Source: Candidatus Marinacidobacterium sp. (GTDB lineage: Bacteria > Acidobacteriota > Vicinamibacteria > Marinacidobacterales > Marinacidobacteraceae). Taken from it: a DNA stretch of 64,000 nt. Below the pieces are notes generated by a model. It ran no database searches and had not been told where the DNA came from. It was given only the letters and a program-made list of their open reading frames with translations. A program made the position numbers and the translations under genes. The stretch lies in NCBI GenBank assembly GCA_965204755.1, contig OZ242011.1:2816001-2880000 (forward strand), given 5' to 3'. Of the stretch, positions 37,987 to 49,270 are shown piece by piece (positions within the stretch are counted from its first letter, which is position 1; the number at the start of each line of letters is the position of its first letter).

Positions 37987-38742
37987 CTACGCCGTCGAAA
38001 CCCCGCCCGCGGGTCTCGCCGCGCGTTCGGCCCGACGAGAAGGGGAGGCGCCGCCGAGTCGCCGGTTTCGATTCGGCAGCACCTTGCGGAAGGTGAGCGA
38101 GAGACGGCGGCCGCGAAGTCTCCGGCCCTTTCGACTCGATCCGCGCTTCGCCGGTTCCGACTTCCGCCTGGGAATCTCGTGCGTCCAGGCGTACCGCGCT
38201 TCGCCGGCCATGACCGCCACGCTCCGCCGCTCCAGCAGGACCGGATGTTTCCGGGTCTTGTCCTCCGGTCTCCGGAACACCATCTCCCAGTCTTCCAGCA
38301 GACTGATCATCGCGATCCCGTCGTCGAAGCGGTCATGGTCGGTGTGCGCCGCGATTCCCTGATTCCCCCGGTATTCGTTGACGATCAGTTGGTCCGGCAT
38401 CTCCGGCAGCAACCCGTCGCGCACGAGCCGCTCGGCGATCGGCTTCGCCCACCCGGGAAGACTCCCGAGCCGCATCGAGTCCCGCACCGTTCGCTCCCGG
38501 TAGTCGTACCTCCACCCGTAGTGCTGCACCCGCCGCCGGAGTTCCTCGATCCACCCGCTCCGCTCGATCTCCCGGACGACGACGGCCTCCTCGTCTTCGC
38601 TTATGAACTCCGACCGATACGCGAGCCCGGGAACCCCATGGATCCGAACGGTCGCACACGGAAGGTCGCGGCGCACCGGCGGCGCCGGCCCCCTCCCGGG
38701 AAAGAGTCGCGGAAGTGGCGCGACTCCCGGAAACTCGTCCAC
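37987..38742 (-). CDS. AlkB family 2-oxoglutarate/Fe(II) dioxygenase
   Basis: RRVQHYGWRYDY, NEY...QGIAAHTD (HxD), WTHEI, RLSLTFR; start estimated. Confidence 0.88.
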   Translation of the reverse strand: MDEFPGVAPLPRLFPGRGPAPPVRRDLPCATVRIHGVPGLAYRSEFISEDEEAVVVREIERSGWIEELRRRVQHYGWRYDYRERTVRDSMRLGSLPGWAKPIAERLVRDGLLPEMPDQLIVNEYRGNQGIAAHTDHDRFDDGIAMISLLEDWEMVFRRPEDKTRKHPVLLERRSVAVMAGEARYAWTHEIPRRKSEPAKRGSSRKGRRLRGRRLSLTFRKVLPNRNRRLGGASPSRRAERAARPAGGVSTA

Positions 38743-38747
38743 GCGAA

Positions 38748-40349
38748 CTACGCGGTCGAAACCCTGCTTGCGCGTGTCACTGCGCGTTCGGGCCGAGTGA
38801 GAGGAAGAAGAGTGGGCATCGCGCCGAAGCGCGCGGGTCGGCCTCCGTTCCGTCGTCCTCCGACGAGGGATTCGGGCACGGGGAAGTCCGCGATGAAGGA
38901 CTTGGCGTAGGACATCCAGCCGCCCTGGTAGGGGCGGCTGGTCTTCCGGACGAAGAACTCCATCTCGTCGGAATTCAGCGCGTCGAGCAAGGCCGAAAGG
39001 CGCATCGGCGCCGCGGGTTTGACGCAGTAGCCCGAATAGAAGGTCGCGCCTTCGTTCTTCGGGGCCTGGAAGTTGGGCCGGCGGTTCATTCCCGAAGTGA
39101 TGAGTTTGCGGCCGAAGCCGGAAACGATCGAAACACTCCGGCCGAACCCGTACCACCTGCGGCGGTCGCCGTTCCCCTTGTCGCGCCGAAGGAGTCGCGC
39201 GCGATTCCCCCGGAGCCAGCGCCAGGCGCGGGGCGCCGAGTCCGCGAACACTCGTTCGGGAAGCAGCCGTCCCCCGGCGTCGTAAGGCCAGACCACGATG
39301 CGGTCCACGGGATCCATGCCTTCCTTCATCACGGAGGCCTTGACGACCGGGCGGCAGAACCGGCTCTCGATCTCGACGCGGCGTCCGTCCGGCGCGCGGC
39401 AGACCTCGAGATCCCCGCCGCCGCCGAGTCGGGGAAGGATGAAGACTTCGTCCGCGAGGGTTTGGAGCCCCACATGGATGTCGGCCACTTCGCCGAGCCG
39501 GGGGCCGCGCGCCCGGAGTCGTTCGAGCCGCCCCCGCTCGGCGGCGGTGAAGAAGATCCAGGGCGCTCCGGGCGCCGCCGGATCGAATGCCGCTTCGCCG
39601 CCGGGCGCGAAACGCGAACCGTCGAAGCGGCGCATCGGCGCCGGCGCGGGCGCGCCGTCCTTTTCGATGACCGTGATTGCCGTGTAGGTGGTGACCGACG
39701 GGAACGCCTGGTGACTGCCGTAGTCGAGCACGCGCACGACCCGGTGGCGCCGGGTCAACTCGGCGCGCAGCGGCGCGCCGGAGTCGGACCGCAGCCAACT
39801 CGACGGGGTGATGAACGCCAGTCGGCCGCCCGGCCGCAGCAGACGCAAGCCGAGTTCGAAGAAGACCAGGTAGAGGTCGGTGGCGCCCCGTACGAGCCGG
39901 AACCTCCCGGTGATCCGCCGCCGCCCGGCCGCCTCGAGGTTCTGCACCCGCACATAGGGCGGGTTGCCCACCAAGTGGGTGAACCGACCGTAGAGCGGCG
40001 AGAGCGCCCCCTCGTCGAGGACGTCCTTCTCGAAGAGTCGAAACCGCAGGCGCCCCTCCGGGTCGGCTCGGGAGACGACCCGCCGCAGCCGGGCCCGGCA
40101 GGCGGCGAGCGCCGCCGGATCCCGGTCCACGCCGGTCATTCGCTTGAGCGAGGCAAGCGCTTCCTCTCGGGGCAGCGCGCGCAGGATCCGTTTCGCCAAG
40201 GGAACGAGGAACGCCCCGTCCCCGCAGGCCGGATCGCAGATCGACGCCCCCGCCAGTTCCGCGGACGAGCGGAGTCCGGCTTCGTCGAGGATCCGCTCGA
40301 CGATCGGCTCCGGGGTATAGACGACCCCATGGCTCTTGACCGGGGTCAC
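38748..40349 (-). CDS. N6-adenine DNA methyltransferase, gamma class (TaqI/Eco57I-like)
   Basis: GVVYTP, DPACGDGAFL (motif I), VGNPPYV (motif IV), DLY..FFE; GTGA overlap with the upstream gene. Confidence 0.92.
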   Translation of the reverse strand: MTPVKSHGVVYTPEPIVERILDEAGLRSSAELAGASICDPACGDGAFLVPLAKRILRALPREEALASLKRMTGVDRDPAALAACRARLRRVVSRADPEGRLRFRLFEKDVLDEGALSPLYGRFTHLVGNPPYVRVQNLEAAGRRRITGRFRLVRGATDLYLVFFELGLRLLRPGGRLAFITPSSWLRSDSGAPLRAELTRRHRVVRVLDYGSHQAFPSVTTYTAITVIEKDGAPAPAPMRRFDGSRFAPGGEAAFDPAAPGAPWIFFTAAERGRLERLRARGPRLGEVADIHVGLQTLADEVFILPRLGGGGDLEVCRAPDGRRVEIESRFCRPVVKASVMKEGMDPVDRIVVWPYDAGGRLLPERVFADSAPRAWRWLRGNRARLLRRDKGNGDRRRWYGFGRSVSIVSGFGRKLITSGMNRRPNFQAPKNEGATFYSGYCVKPAAPMRLSALLDALNSDEMEFFVRKTSRPYQGGWMSYAKSFIADFPVPESLVGGRRNGGRPARFGAMPTLLPLTRPERAVTRASRVSTA

Positions 40350-41047
40350 GGAGTGAGCGCCTTCAACTCGATGCGGAGCGCCATCTTCCGGAAGAAATTC
40401 TCGACGCTGAACTCTTCGTCGAGCGCCTTCCACGCTTGCTCGGTGAGCGGGAGATCGCTGCGGTTGCTCAGGCGGAGCACCGACTGTCGCTCCGGATCGG
40501 TCTCGACGAGTCCGATCGCCATTTCATCGGGAGAATGGACATGTTCGTGGTCTCGACGGAGTTTCAGGTACCGGTCGATGTCCCTCGCCGTGAGCCGCTC
40601 TTCCTTTTTCCCCGCCGGGATCGGGTTTGTCAGGAAGAACATGTTGCCGTACACGATGTTCTGGCGGCGCAGATTCGCTGTCTCGCCGATCTGTTGTTCG
40701 AGGTAGTTGATGGCGTTCTTGCGATACGACGCCAGCACGAACTTGATGTTGATGACCGCGAGCGTGCGGCCCTCTCCCTCGACCGAGACATCCACCCGCT
40801 TGGGGTAGTAGCGGCCCTCGATCGTCCGTTCGCTGTGCGTTTCGGCCGTCTGTCCGATGAGCGTGTATCGCTCGGAGTGACGAAGGTGCCGTCGGAGTTC
40901 GTTCTGAACCCAGCCGTGCAGCGGCGCGAGTTTTTCCGTGGAGCGGGGGCCGGCGCTCAGGAAGGCGGCGAACGACCGCCGCATGGCATCGAGGAACCGG
41001 GAACGGACTCCCGAGTCGGGCGCCTCGGCGGCGGGGTCTTCGGGCAA
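40346..41047 (-). CDS. Putative type II restriction endonuclease (PD-(D/E)xK-like)
   Basis: GRYYPKRVD...INIKFV..Y..NA.NY.E...GETANLR; translationally coupled to the MTase; start uncertain. Confidence 0.65.
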   Translation of the reverse strand: MPEDPAAEAPDSGVRSRFLDAMRRSFAAFLSAGPRSTEKLAPLHGWVQNELRRHLRHSERYTLIGQTAETHSERTIEGRYYPKRVDVSVEGEGRTLAVINIKFVLASYRKNAINYLEQQIGETANLRRQNIVYGNMFFLTNPIPAGKKEERLTARDIDRYLKLRRDHEHVHSPDEMAIGLVETDPERQSVLRLSNRSDLPLTEQAWKALDEEFSVENFFRKMALRIELKALTP

Positions 41048-41344
41048 GAGGGAGCGGCTCGCGAAGGGGCGTGTGCCGCAGCGGGGCGAACCGGTAGAAA
41101 GCGTACTACGCTGTGGTCGGAAGACGGGACAGGCGCCGCGGGCTCGGCGCATCCCACCGACCGGCGGCGGAAAGACCGGACTTCGGAGCACCGAGGAGCG
41201 TCCCGTCGCCAGGGGCAGACGCGGGCCGTGGCCGCCGGGAGTTCGGGTTCGCATCCACGGGATGATAACAGACATTTGTCTGTTTTGTTGCCGTGCGGGA
41301 GGCCCCGCGGCTGACGGGTCGTGGCCGCGGGGGCCGGGTTGGGG

Positions 41345-42064
41345 TTACCGGAGGGAGAAGGCGCCCGCGCGGAGGTCGGCGACGACCGGTTCGCAGTGGT
41401 CGTTCGCCAGCCACTGCAGGATGCGGCCCCGGAGGCCGCCGCCCACCTCCAGGTCGGGGGCGGCGGTGAGGAGGGCGTCCAGGACCTCCGGGAAACAGTG
41501 GCCGAGCGGCGGGCCGTCGGCGAAGTCGCGGATCGCGCCGCCGCCGGCGGCCGCCCAGAGGGCGTTCGCACCCCGGACTTCGGCGCGCGGGTCGGCGCCG
41601 TGTTCGAGGAGGAGTCGGACGACGCCTTCCATGCCGTACCCCGCCGCCATGAACAGCGGCGTGGCGGCGCTCCGGCTGCGGCGGTTCACATCGGCGCCGG
41701 CCTCGATGAGGGTGGCCGCGGAGGCGCGGTTGCGCCAGTGGATCGCGTGGAGGAGCGGCGTCCAGCCGTTCCTCCGGTCGCGGAGGTCGGGGTCGGCCCC
41801 GGCTTCGAGCAGCCGGCGCACGATCTCCGGGTCCGCGCGCCGGGCGGCGCGATGGATCGGCGCCCATCCGTCGGCGCCGAAGCCGTCCGGGTCCGCGTCC
41901 GCGTGTTCGAGCAGCGCGCCGACGGCGTCGAGGTCGTTCTCGATGACCGCCGCGCCGAGCGCGGTGGGTTCGCCGGGCTCGCCGCAGTGGGAGAGCAGGA
42001 GCGCGGACAGGCCCGCGAGCGCCGCGGTCCGGGCGCGGAGGAATGACGGAGTCAACGGGGTCAT
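41345..42064 (-). CDS. Ankyrin-repeat protein, probably exported/lipoprotein
   Basis: Repeated GW.PL..A...LLEAGAD motifs; N-terminal hydrophobic segment ending in Cys. Confidence 0.85.
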   Translation of the reverse strand: MTPLTPSFLRARTAALAGLSALLLSHCGEPGEPTALGAAVIENDLDAVGALLEHADADPDGFGADGWAPIHRAARRADPEIVRRLLEAGADPDLRDRRNGWTPLLHAIHWRNRASAATLIEAGADVNRRSRSAATPLFMAAGYGMEGVVRLLLEHGADPRAEVRGANALWAAAGGGAIRDFADGPPLGHCFPEVLDALLTAAPDLEVGGGLRGRILQWLANDHCEPVVADLRAGAFSLR

Positions 42065-42256
42065 GGGTTGCGGAAGGCTTCGCCGGGACCGGCGGCCGGC
42101 GTTCGAATACCGGAACGAAGCGGTTCCTTCGCCGGTTCTCGCGGGCGCCCGGGCTGCGCCGAAAGCGCGGTCGGCGGGGCATTCTCTCCGGCGCGAACCG
42201 CGCGGAATTGCGGGGCGCGGAGATCATGCGCGGGGGTGCTACCGTCCGCCGCCCCG

Positions 42257-44302
42257 GTGCCCTCCCCGCCTCGTTCCCACCCCTCGTCCCGGGCCTTCGA
42301 CGAGGCCGACCACCGGGCGATCGCCGCCCTCCGGGGCATGGCGATAGACGCCGTCGAGCGCGCGAACTCCGGGCATCCCGGCCTGCCGATGGGAGCGGCG
42401 CCGATGGCTTGGGTCCTCTGGAGCCGGCACTTGCGCGTCTGCCCGGCGGATCCCGACTGGCCCGACCGCGACCGCTTCGTGCTCTCCGCCGGTCACGGCT
42501 CGATGCTGCTCTACGGCCTGCTCCACCTGGCCGGCTACCCGGTGAGCCTCGAGGACCTGCGGCGGTTCCGGCAGTTGGGGAGCCGGACGCCGGGCCACCC
42601 GGAGACCTTCGCCACGCCCGGGGTCGAAGCCACGACCGGCCCGCTGGGGCAGGGGGCGGGCAACTCGGTGGGCATGGCCATCGCCGAGCGCGCGCTGCGG
42701 CATCGGTTTCCGGGTCTGTGCGACCACCGGGTGTTCGCGCTGGTCTCGGACGGCGACCTGATGGAAGGGGTCGCCCACGAAGCGGCGTCGCTCGCCGGGC
42801 AGTTGCGGCTGTCGCGGCTCACCTGGCTCTACGACGCGAACGAAGTCACCCTCGACGGGCCGGCCTCGCTCGCCTTTTCGGTGGAGGAAGTGGCGGAGCG
42901 GCACCGGGCGCTCGGCTGGCAGGTCGCGACGGTCGCCGACGGGGACCGCGGGTTGGAGGAGATCGACCGGGCGCTGTCGGCGGCCTGCGCCGAGGAGGAT
43001 CGGCCTTCGTTGATCGTGGTGAGCACCACCATCGGCTACGGCGCCCCGACGAAGGCCGGGAAGTCCGCCGCGCACGGGGCGCCGCTCGGCGGCGAGGAGG
43101 CGGCTGCCGCGAAGCGGGCCCTCGGTCTCGACCCGGAGGCCGAATTCGCCGTTCCCGAAGTCGTGCGGGAGCGGTGCGCGGCGCTCGCCCGCCGGGGCGG
43201 CGAGGCGCGCGCCGCGTGGACGCGGGCGTTGGAGCGGGCCCGGTCGGAAGCGCCCGACCTCGCCGCGGAATTCGAGCGCCGCGTCGCCGGCGACCTCCCC
43301 GAAGGATGGGACGCCGACCTCCCGTCGTTCGGCGCCACCGACCGCCTGGCCACCCGCGAGGCCTCCGGCAAGGTCATGCAGGCCGTCGCCGCCCGGGTTC
43401 CGGAGTTCTTCGGCGGGGACGCCGACCTCTCCTCCTCGACGAAGACGGCGCTCGGCGGTCTCGGCTCGTTCTCGGCGGACGAGCCCGGCGGGCGGAACCT
43501 CCACTACGGGGTGCGGGAGCACGCGATGGGGGCGGCCGCGAACGGCATCGCTTACCACGGCGGCTTCCGCACCTTCGCTTCGACCTTCTTCTGTTTCTCG
43601 GACTACCTGCGCCCTTCGATGCGCCTCGCCGCGCTCTCCGGCCTGCCCACCGTCTATGTGTTCACCCACGACTCGGTGGGCGTCGGCGAGGACGGGCCTA
43701 CCCACCAGCCGGTGGAGCACCTGATGTCGCTGCGGGTGATGCCGAACCTGCAGGTGGTGCGTCCCGCCGACGCCAACGAGACGGTGGAGGCGTGGCGGCA
43801 CGCGCTCTCTCGCGCCGACGGGCCGACGGCGCTGGTGCTGAGCCGCCAGAAACTCCCGGTGGTGGCCACTCCCGGGCAGGCCGCCGGGTTGCGGCGCGGC
43901 GGCTACGCGCTCGCTTCCGGGGGCGGCGAACCCCGGGCCGTGCTGCTCGCCACCGGTTCCGAGGTCGCGGTGGCGCTCGCCGCGGCGGACCTGTTGGCCG
44001 CCGAGGATTGCTCGGTCCGGGTGGTTTCGCTGCCGTGCTGGGAACTCTTCGCGGCGCAGGACGCCGCGTGGCGCGACTCGGTGCTTCCTCCGGGCCTTCC
44101 CCGGGTGGCCGTCGAGGCCGGGGTGACGCTGGGCTGGGAGCGGTTCGTCGGCGCCGGGCCGGTGGTCGGCGTGGACCGCTTCGGGGCGTCGGCGCCGGGG
44201 CCGGAAGTCGCCGCGCACCTGGGTCTCACCGCGGAGGCCGTGGCCGACGCCGTCCGCTCCGCGGTGCGAGAATCCCGGGAGTCGCGATGCCCGAAGCCGT
44301 GA
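42257..44302 (+). CDS. tkt: Transketolase
   Basis: [44 protein letters not shown]; start estimated. Confidence 0.96.
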   Translation: MPSPPRSHPSSRAFDEADHRAIAALRGMAIDAVERANSGHPGLPMGAAPMAWVLWSRHLRVCPADPDWPDRDRFVLSAGHGSMLLYGLLHLAGYPVSLEDLRRFRQLGSRTPGHPETFATPGVEATTGPLGQGAGNSVGMAIAERALRHRFPGLCDHRVFALVSDGDLMEGVAHEAASLAGQLRLSRLTWLYDANEVTLDGPASLAFSVEEVAERHRALGWQVATVADGDRGLEEIDRALSAACAEEDRPSLIVVSTTIGYGAPTKAGKSAAHGAPLGGEEAAAAKRALGLDPEAEFAVPEVVRERCAALARRGGEARAAWTRALERARSEAPDLAAEFERRVAGDLPEGWDADLPSFGATDRLATREASGKVMQAVAARVPEFFGGDADLSSSTKTALGGLGSFSADEPGGRNLHYGVREHAMGAAANGIAYHGGFRTFASTFFCFSDYLRPSMRLAALSGLPTVYVFTHDSVGVGEDGPTHQPVEHLMSLRVMPNLQVVRPADANETVEAWRHALSRADGPTALVLSRQKLPVVATPGQAAGLRRGGYALASGGGEPRAVLLATGSEVAVALAAADLLAAEDCSVRVVSLPCWELFAAQDAAWRDSVLPPGLPRVAVEAGVTLGWERFVGAGPVVGVDRFGASAPGPEVAAHLGLTAEAVADAVRSAVRESRESRCPKP

Positions 44303-45801
44303 GTACCCGAGCCGCCGACGCCGAAACCGCGACCGCGCCGGCGCCCGCCGAATCCGTCGCCGCCGGGTCCGGGCCGCGTTTCCGGTTCCGCAACATCGGC
44401 CCGGTGAAGGACGCCGAACTCGAACTCGGCGACCTTACGATCCTCGCCGGGAAGAACAACACCGGCAAGACCTACATCGCCTACACGCTCTACGGGTTCT
44501 TGAAGAAGTGGCGGGCGATGCCGCAGCCCGAAAGACTGGTCGCGCTGGCGGCGGCGCCCGGCGACCCGGAGGCGAAAGGGAATGCCCGGTCGGCGTCGGC
44601 GCCGTTGCGGCTGCTGTCGCGCGCCGCAGCCGAGGGCGCCGCTCGCCGGGCGATGTCGCCGGACGAACTCCGGAAGCATCGCCTCTCGGCCCTGGCGATC
44701 TTCGGGGAAGAGTTCTCGCGGTTCGATCTCCCCTCGGTGTTCAGCGCTCCGCCCGCCGCCTTCCCCGACTCGGCCTGCGAGTGCTTGCCGGGTGACCTGC
44801 CGGCCGATCGGCTGCGGAGTTTCCCGTTCTCGTCCCCGCAACTCGGCTCGTGGCGGTTCGGGTACGACGGAACCGAGTTGGAACTCGAATGCCTCGCCCC
44901 GGGGCCTTCGCCGGACCCGGTTTCCGTGTCGTCGCTCGCCGATGCCTGGTTGCTGTTCCTGTTTCCGGAACTGCGCCTGGAACCGTTCGCGCTCTCCGAC
45001 GAGAGATTCGGGATTTCGCTGTTCTATCGGGAGTTGGACTTCACCAAGAGCCAATTGATGAGTGTCCTCCAGCAGATCGGGGACAGTCGAGTGAGTGAAG
45101 ATATCTCCCCGTTCCTCGTGCTCGAGCAGGGCGCGAGCCGCTACCCGATGCCCATCAAGGACAACATCACCTTCACCCGGAGTTTGCCCGATCGGGGCTC
45201 GGAGCGGTCGGTTCTCTGGGAGCGGCGGGCGCACAACGAGGTCCGCGATCTCGTGGGCGCCGACTACCGGGTGGACGACCGGGGGGCGATCCGGCTGCGT
45301 TCCAAGGCGCGCGGGGAGCGGCGCTTCGACATACCGCTGCACCTCGCGTCCAGTTCCGCGCGCGGGTTGTCGGACTTCTACTTCTTCCTCAAGCACGCCG
45401 CCGTAGAGGGGCAGTTGCTGCTCGTGGACGAGCCGGAGAGCCATCTCGATGTCGCGAACCAGATTCGCCTGGCCCGCCTCGTGTCGCGGCTGGTGCGTTC
45501 CGGCCTGCGCATCCTGGTCACGACGCATTCCGACTACTTGCTCAAGGAATTCAACAACCTCATCATGCTCCACGGCGCCGGTGAGGATTACCGGGACAGC
45601 AAGGACCTCGACTACTCCCCCGATGATGCGCTCGATCCCGGTCGTGTCCGTGCGTACATCGCCGACAGGGGCCGTTTGTCCCGGTGCGTCATCGACCACT
45701 ACGGCATGAACATGCCGTTCTTCGACAAGACGATCCAGAAGATCAACCGGGCGTCTCACGCCTTGACCACTCGAGTGCGAGTTCGAGGAGGACGTCCGTG
45801 A
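44287..45801 (+). CDS. ABC/AAA_15-AAA_21-type ATPase
   Basis: RNIGPV, Walker A GKNNTGKT, signature-like ASSS, Walker [17 protein letters not shown]. Confidence 0.88.
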   Translation: MPEAVSTRAADAETATAPAPAESVAAGSGPRFRFRNIGPVKDAELELGDLTILAGKNNTGKTYIAYTLYGFLKKWRAMPQPERLVALAAAPGDPEAKGNARSASAPLRLLSRAAAEGAARRAMSPDELRKHRLSALAIFGEEFSRFDLPSVFSAPPAAFPDSACECLPGDLPADRLRSFPFSSPQLGSWRFGYDGTELELECLAPGPSPDPVSVSSLADAWLLFLFPELRLEPFALSDERFGISLFYRELDFTKSQLMSVLQQIGDSRVSEDISPFLVLEQGASRYPMPIKDNITFTRSLPDRGSERSVLWERRAHNEVRDLVGADYRVDDRGAIRLRSKARGERRFDIPLHLASSSARGLSDFYFFLKHAAVEGQLLLVDEPESHLDVANQIRLARLVSRLVRSGLRILVTTHSDYLLKEFNNLIMLHGAGEDYRDSKDLDYSPDDALDPGRVRAYIADRGRLSRCVIDHYGMNMPFFDKTIQKINRASHALTTRVRVRGGRP

Positions 45802-46376
45802 GCCTGGCGCAGACTCTGAAGAAGGGACTCGGCTCGAAGGTCGTCCAGGACTACGGGCCGAACTCGAAGGTCCTGCTGACCGAGAAGCAGAAGCAGTACA
45901 GCATGACTGTCGAAGTAGACGCGGAAGACTGGCGTGTGACGACGATCAGGATGCCGGAGAGTTGCCATCCGAAGTTCGTTATCGGCAAGGACTGGAAGAT
46001 GCTGTGTGACTATTTCCTGCTCTGCGAGCGCGGCGAAGAGGTGCAGATCCTTCTCGTCGAGTTGAAGCGCACGCTCAACACGGAACATGAGAGCAAGGCC
46101 ATGGAGCAGTTGCGGCGGTCACTGCCGCTCTGGAGTTATCTTCACGCGGCCGCCGCCGTGGAGTCCGAGTCCGGGATATCGGGTGCAGTGAAGGTGCGGT
46201 ACGCCGCGATCTACTTGCAGACGGACGAACGTTTCCCGAAGGAGGAGTCGCCGGTACGCTCGCGCTGCTGGAGGAGAGACTGGCGAGGGATCGGCGTACG
46301 CGGAGTCGTGGCGACGAGTGTGAGTCTCTCGGAGTTGACGGGTGAGCCGCCCCTTGGAAAGGAACCAGTGTCGTGA
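45798..46376 (+). CDS. Hypothetical protein, putative PD-(D/E)xK nuclease partner of the ATPase
   Basis: CDY...LLVELK...A..QL..S motif; GTGA overlaps at both ends. Confidence 0.6.
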   Translation: MSLAQTLKKGLGSKVVQDYGPNSKVLLTEKQKQYSMTVEVDAEDWRVTTIRMPESCHPKFVIGKDWKMLCDYFLLCERGEEVQILLVELKRTLNTEHESKAMEQLRRSLPLWSYLHAAAAVESESGISGAVKVRYAAIYLQTDERFPKEESPVRSRCWRRDWRGIGVRGVVATSVSLSELTGEPPLGKEPVS

Positions 46377-49270
46377 GCCTCGCGAAGCATCCCTACGCCG
46401 CCTTCCTCCACGAAGTGGAGACCCCGGCGCGGTACGCCGGGGGAGAGCGGTTCTCGGTCGTGAAGGAGTCCGACGAAGGCCTCGTCTCGCGGATGGCGTT
46501 CTGCTTCCCGGATGTTTACGACATCGGGATGAGCCATCTGGGCACCAAGATCCTCTACAAGGTGGTGAACGACCAGCCCGACCTGGCGCTCGAGCGCTGC
46601 TTCTGCCCGTGGCCCGACCTGGAGGCGAAGTTGCGCGAGCGAGAACTTCCGCTCGTGAGTCTGGAGACCCGCCGGCCGCTCCGGGACTTCGACCTGGTGG
46701 GGTTTTCCCTGCAGTACGAACTCACCTTCACGAATGTGCTCACCATGCTCGACCTCGGCGGACTGCCGCTCCGCGCGGCGGAGCGGGGGCCGGAGGATCC
46801 GCTGGTGCTCGCCGGCGGGCCGGTGGCGACGCAGCCCGAGCCCCTCGCGCCGTTCGTGGACGCGTTCCTGATCGGCGATGCCGAGGAGCGTCTGCCGGCG
46901 TTGATGCGGGAACACGCGCGGCTCCGGGAAGCGGGAGTCACCGACCGAGCGGAACTGCTCGCGCGGCTCTCCGCCGGCGGCGGCCTCTACTGCCCGGCGC
47001 TCTACGAACGCGAGGTATGCCCGAGGTCCGGGTTCGCCTTCGTGGCGCGGCCGGCCGCCGGGCGCCCGGCGCCGCTCCCGGTGGAGCGCGCCTTCCTCGA
47101 CGATGTGAACCGCTTCCCGTTCCCCGACGACTCGCCGGTGCCCATCGCCGAAGCGGTCTTCGACCGCACCGCCATCGAAATCGCGCGCGGCTGCACCGAG
47201 GGTTGCCGGTTCTGCCAGGCCGGGATGATCTACCGCCCGGTGCGCGAGCGGGAGCCGAAGGAAATCGTCCGCACCGTGGTGTCCGCGGTGGAGAAGGGCG
47301 GTTACGACGAGGCGGCGCTCACTTCGCTTTCCACCGCCGACTACTCCTGCGTGGCGCCTCTCGTGCGCGAAGTGATGGCGGAACTCGTTCCCCGGCGCGT
47401 CTCGCTGGGCATATCCAGTCTTCGCGCTTACGGCCTCCCCGAGGAAGTGCTCGACGACATCTCGCAGGTGAAGGCCACCGGCCTCACTTTCGCCCCGGAA
47501 GCCGGCTCGCAGCGGATGCGCGATGTCGTGAACAAGAATGTCAGCGAGGAGGACATCTACGAGACCTGCCGGCGGGTGTTCTCGCGCGGCTGGGATCGGG
47601 CGAAGTTGTACTTCATGATCGGCCTCCCGACCGAAGAAGACGAAGATGTGCTCGGCATCGCCGACATGGGCCGGCAGGCCCGCCGCATCGGGGACCGCCT
47701 CGCCGAGCGCCGCGTGCGCATCACGGTGTCCGTCTCGAGTCATGTGCCGAAACCGCATACCCCGTTCCAATGGTGCGCCCAGGACTCGATGGAAGAGATC
47801 GTCCGAAAGCAGGCGATGCTGCGGGAGCGCGCCCGCGCCGACGGCTTCCGGCTCAGGACGCACGACCAGCGGGTCAGTCATCTCGAAGGGATCCTGGCTC
47901 GGGGTGACATCCGGGCGGCCCGGCTGGTCGAGATCGCCTGGCGGAAGGGCGCGCGCTTCGACGGCTGGGACGAACGGTTTCGCTGGGACCTCTGGCGCGA
48001 ATCCCTCGACGAATGGGAGGACGAGACCGGCGTTTCGCGCAGCGAGTGGTTGGGGACGATCCCGGTGGACGGCCGACTGCCTTGGGATCATGTGGATGTG
48101 GGGCTCGCGGAGGGGTTCCTGCTGCGCGAGTACCGGAGGTCGCTGAAGGATCGGAACTCGCCTCCCTGCGGCAAGCCCTTCCCGATGCAGGTGCACCACA
48201 CGAATGCGCGGGACGCCCGCGCCGACGAGCGCAAACTCGTCTGCTACCACTGCGGCGTGGCCTGCGACCTCGGACAGATGCGGGACGAGCGCATCACTTT
48301 CCTCGAGGGTATGGGCGCGGAAGAGCCCCGGTTCGCTCCCGCCGCGGCCGACAGCGAAGTGCAACTGCCGGTCGTGGCCGCCGCCGCGCCGCCGACGAAC
48401 GGCGGACGCCGCCGGCCCCGGCCCCCGGAGCGGGCGGCGCAGGGCGAGCCGGTCCGCTACCGCGCGCACTTCGCCAAGTTCGGCCCGATGGCGCTTCGGG
48501 GTCACGGGGAACTGATCCGCATCGTGCCGCGGATCCTCCGGCGCGCCGGGTTGCCGATCCGGTTCACCGAAGGCTTCTCCCCGCGGCCCCAACTCAGTTT
48601 CGGCCCGGCGCTCCCGCTCGGCATCCAGTCGGCGCGCGAGGTCTGCGAGTTCGCGCTCACCGAGGCGCTCGAGCCCGAGGCGGTGTTGGCCGGCCTCCGG
48701 CGCGCCGCCGAGGAGGGGCTGCGCTTCGACGACCTCGTCCGCCTGCCCCCCGGGGCGCCCCGCCTGTCCCGCTGGATCACCGCGCTCCGTTACGCGGTGC
48801 TGTTGCCGGCGGACGCCGCCCCCGACGAGATCGAGTCGCGTCTCGCCCGCTTCCGCGAGGCCCGCGCCTGGCCGCTCGTGGTGACTCGCCGGGTGAAGAA
48901 GAAGCCCGCCCGCGGCGCCCGCCGGCCGGAGACCGGCCCGGAGCAGCGGGAAACGACGCTCGACCTGGTGGGCCGCGTGGACCAAGCGGGAATCGAACCC
49001 GCCGGCGAGGACGCCGCGCTGCTCGGCTGCGCCGCCGCCCGCCGCACGCTCCGCTTCCGCGTCCGCGCGGACTGGGACGGCCCCTCCCCCCGCCCCGCCG
49101 AGATCGCGCTGTCGCTGGCCGCCTTCGACCCGGTCGGCGTGGAGATCCTCCGCGCGGCCACCGAATCGGCGGGCGAGGATTCCGGCGCATCTTCAGTCGC
49201 AACCCCGTCGCGGGCGGCCGCCACCGCGAAGGACGCTCGCGTCCGCGAGGAGGAAGTTCCGTGTCCGTAG
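46373..49270 (+). CDS. TIGR03960-type radical SAM protein fused to a DUF2344 (TIGR03936-type) domain
   Basis: FPDVYDIGMSHLG, CTEGCRFC, TFAPEAG, KLYFMIGLP; C-terminal H.EL.R...RRAGLP..FTEGFSPRP.LSFGPALPLG. Confidence 0.92.
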   Translation: MSLAKHPYAAFLHEVETPARYAGGERFSVVKESDEGLVSRMAFCFPDVYDIGMSHLGTKILYKVVNDQPDLALERCFCPWPDLEAKLRERELPLVSLETRRPLRDFDLVGFSLQYELTFTNVLTMLDLGGLPLRAAERGPEDPLVLAGGPVATQPEPLAPFVDAFLIGDAEERLPALMREHARLREAGVTDRAELLARLSAGGGLYCPALYEREVCPRSGFAFVARPAAGRPAPLPVERAFLDDVNRFPFPDDSPVPIAEAVFDRTAIEIARGCTEGCRFCQAGMIYRPVREREPKEIVRTVVSAVEKGGYDEAALTSLSTADYSCVAPLVREVMAELVPRRVSLGISSLRAYGLPEEVLDDISQVKATGLTFAPEAGSQRMRDVVNKNVSEEDIYETCRRVFSRGWDRAKLYFMIGLPTEEDEDVLGIADMGRQARRIGDRLAERRVRITVSVSSHVPKPHTPFQWCAQDSMEEIVRKQAMLRERARADGFRLRTHDQRVSHLEGILARGDIRAARLVEIAWRKGARFDGWDERFRWDLWRESLDEWEDETGVSRSEWLGTIPVDGRLPWDHVDVGLAEGFLLREYRRSLKDRNSPPCGKPFPMQVHHTNARDARADERKLVCYHCGVACDLGQMRDERITFLEGMGAEEPRFAPAAADSEVQLPVVAAAAPPTNGGRRRPRPPERAAQGEPVRYRAHFAKFGPMALRGHGELIRIVPRILRRAGLPIRFTEGFSPRPQLSFGPALPLGIQSAREVCEFALTEALEPEAVLAGLRRAAEEGLRFDDLVRLPPGAPRLSRWITALRYAVLLPADAAPDEIESRLARFREARAWPLVVTRRVKKKPARGARRPETGPEQRETTLDLVGRVDQAGIEPAGEDAALLGCAAARRTLRFRVRADWDGPSPRPAEIALSLAAFDPVGVEILRAATESAGEDSGASSVATPSRAAATAKDARVREEEVPCP

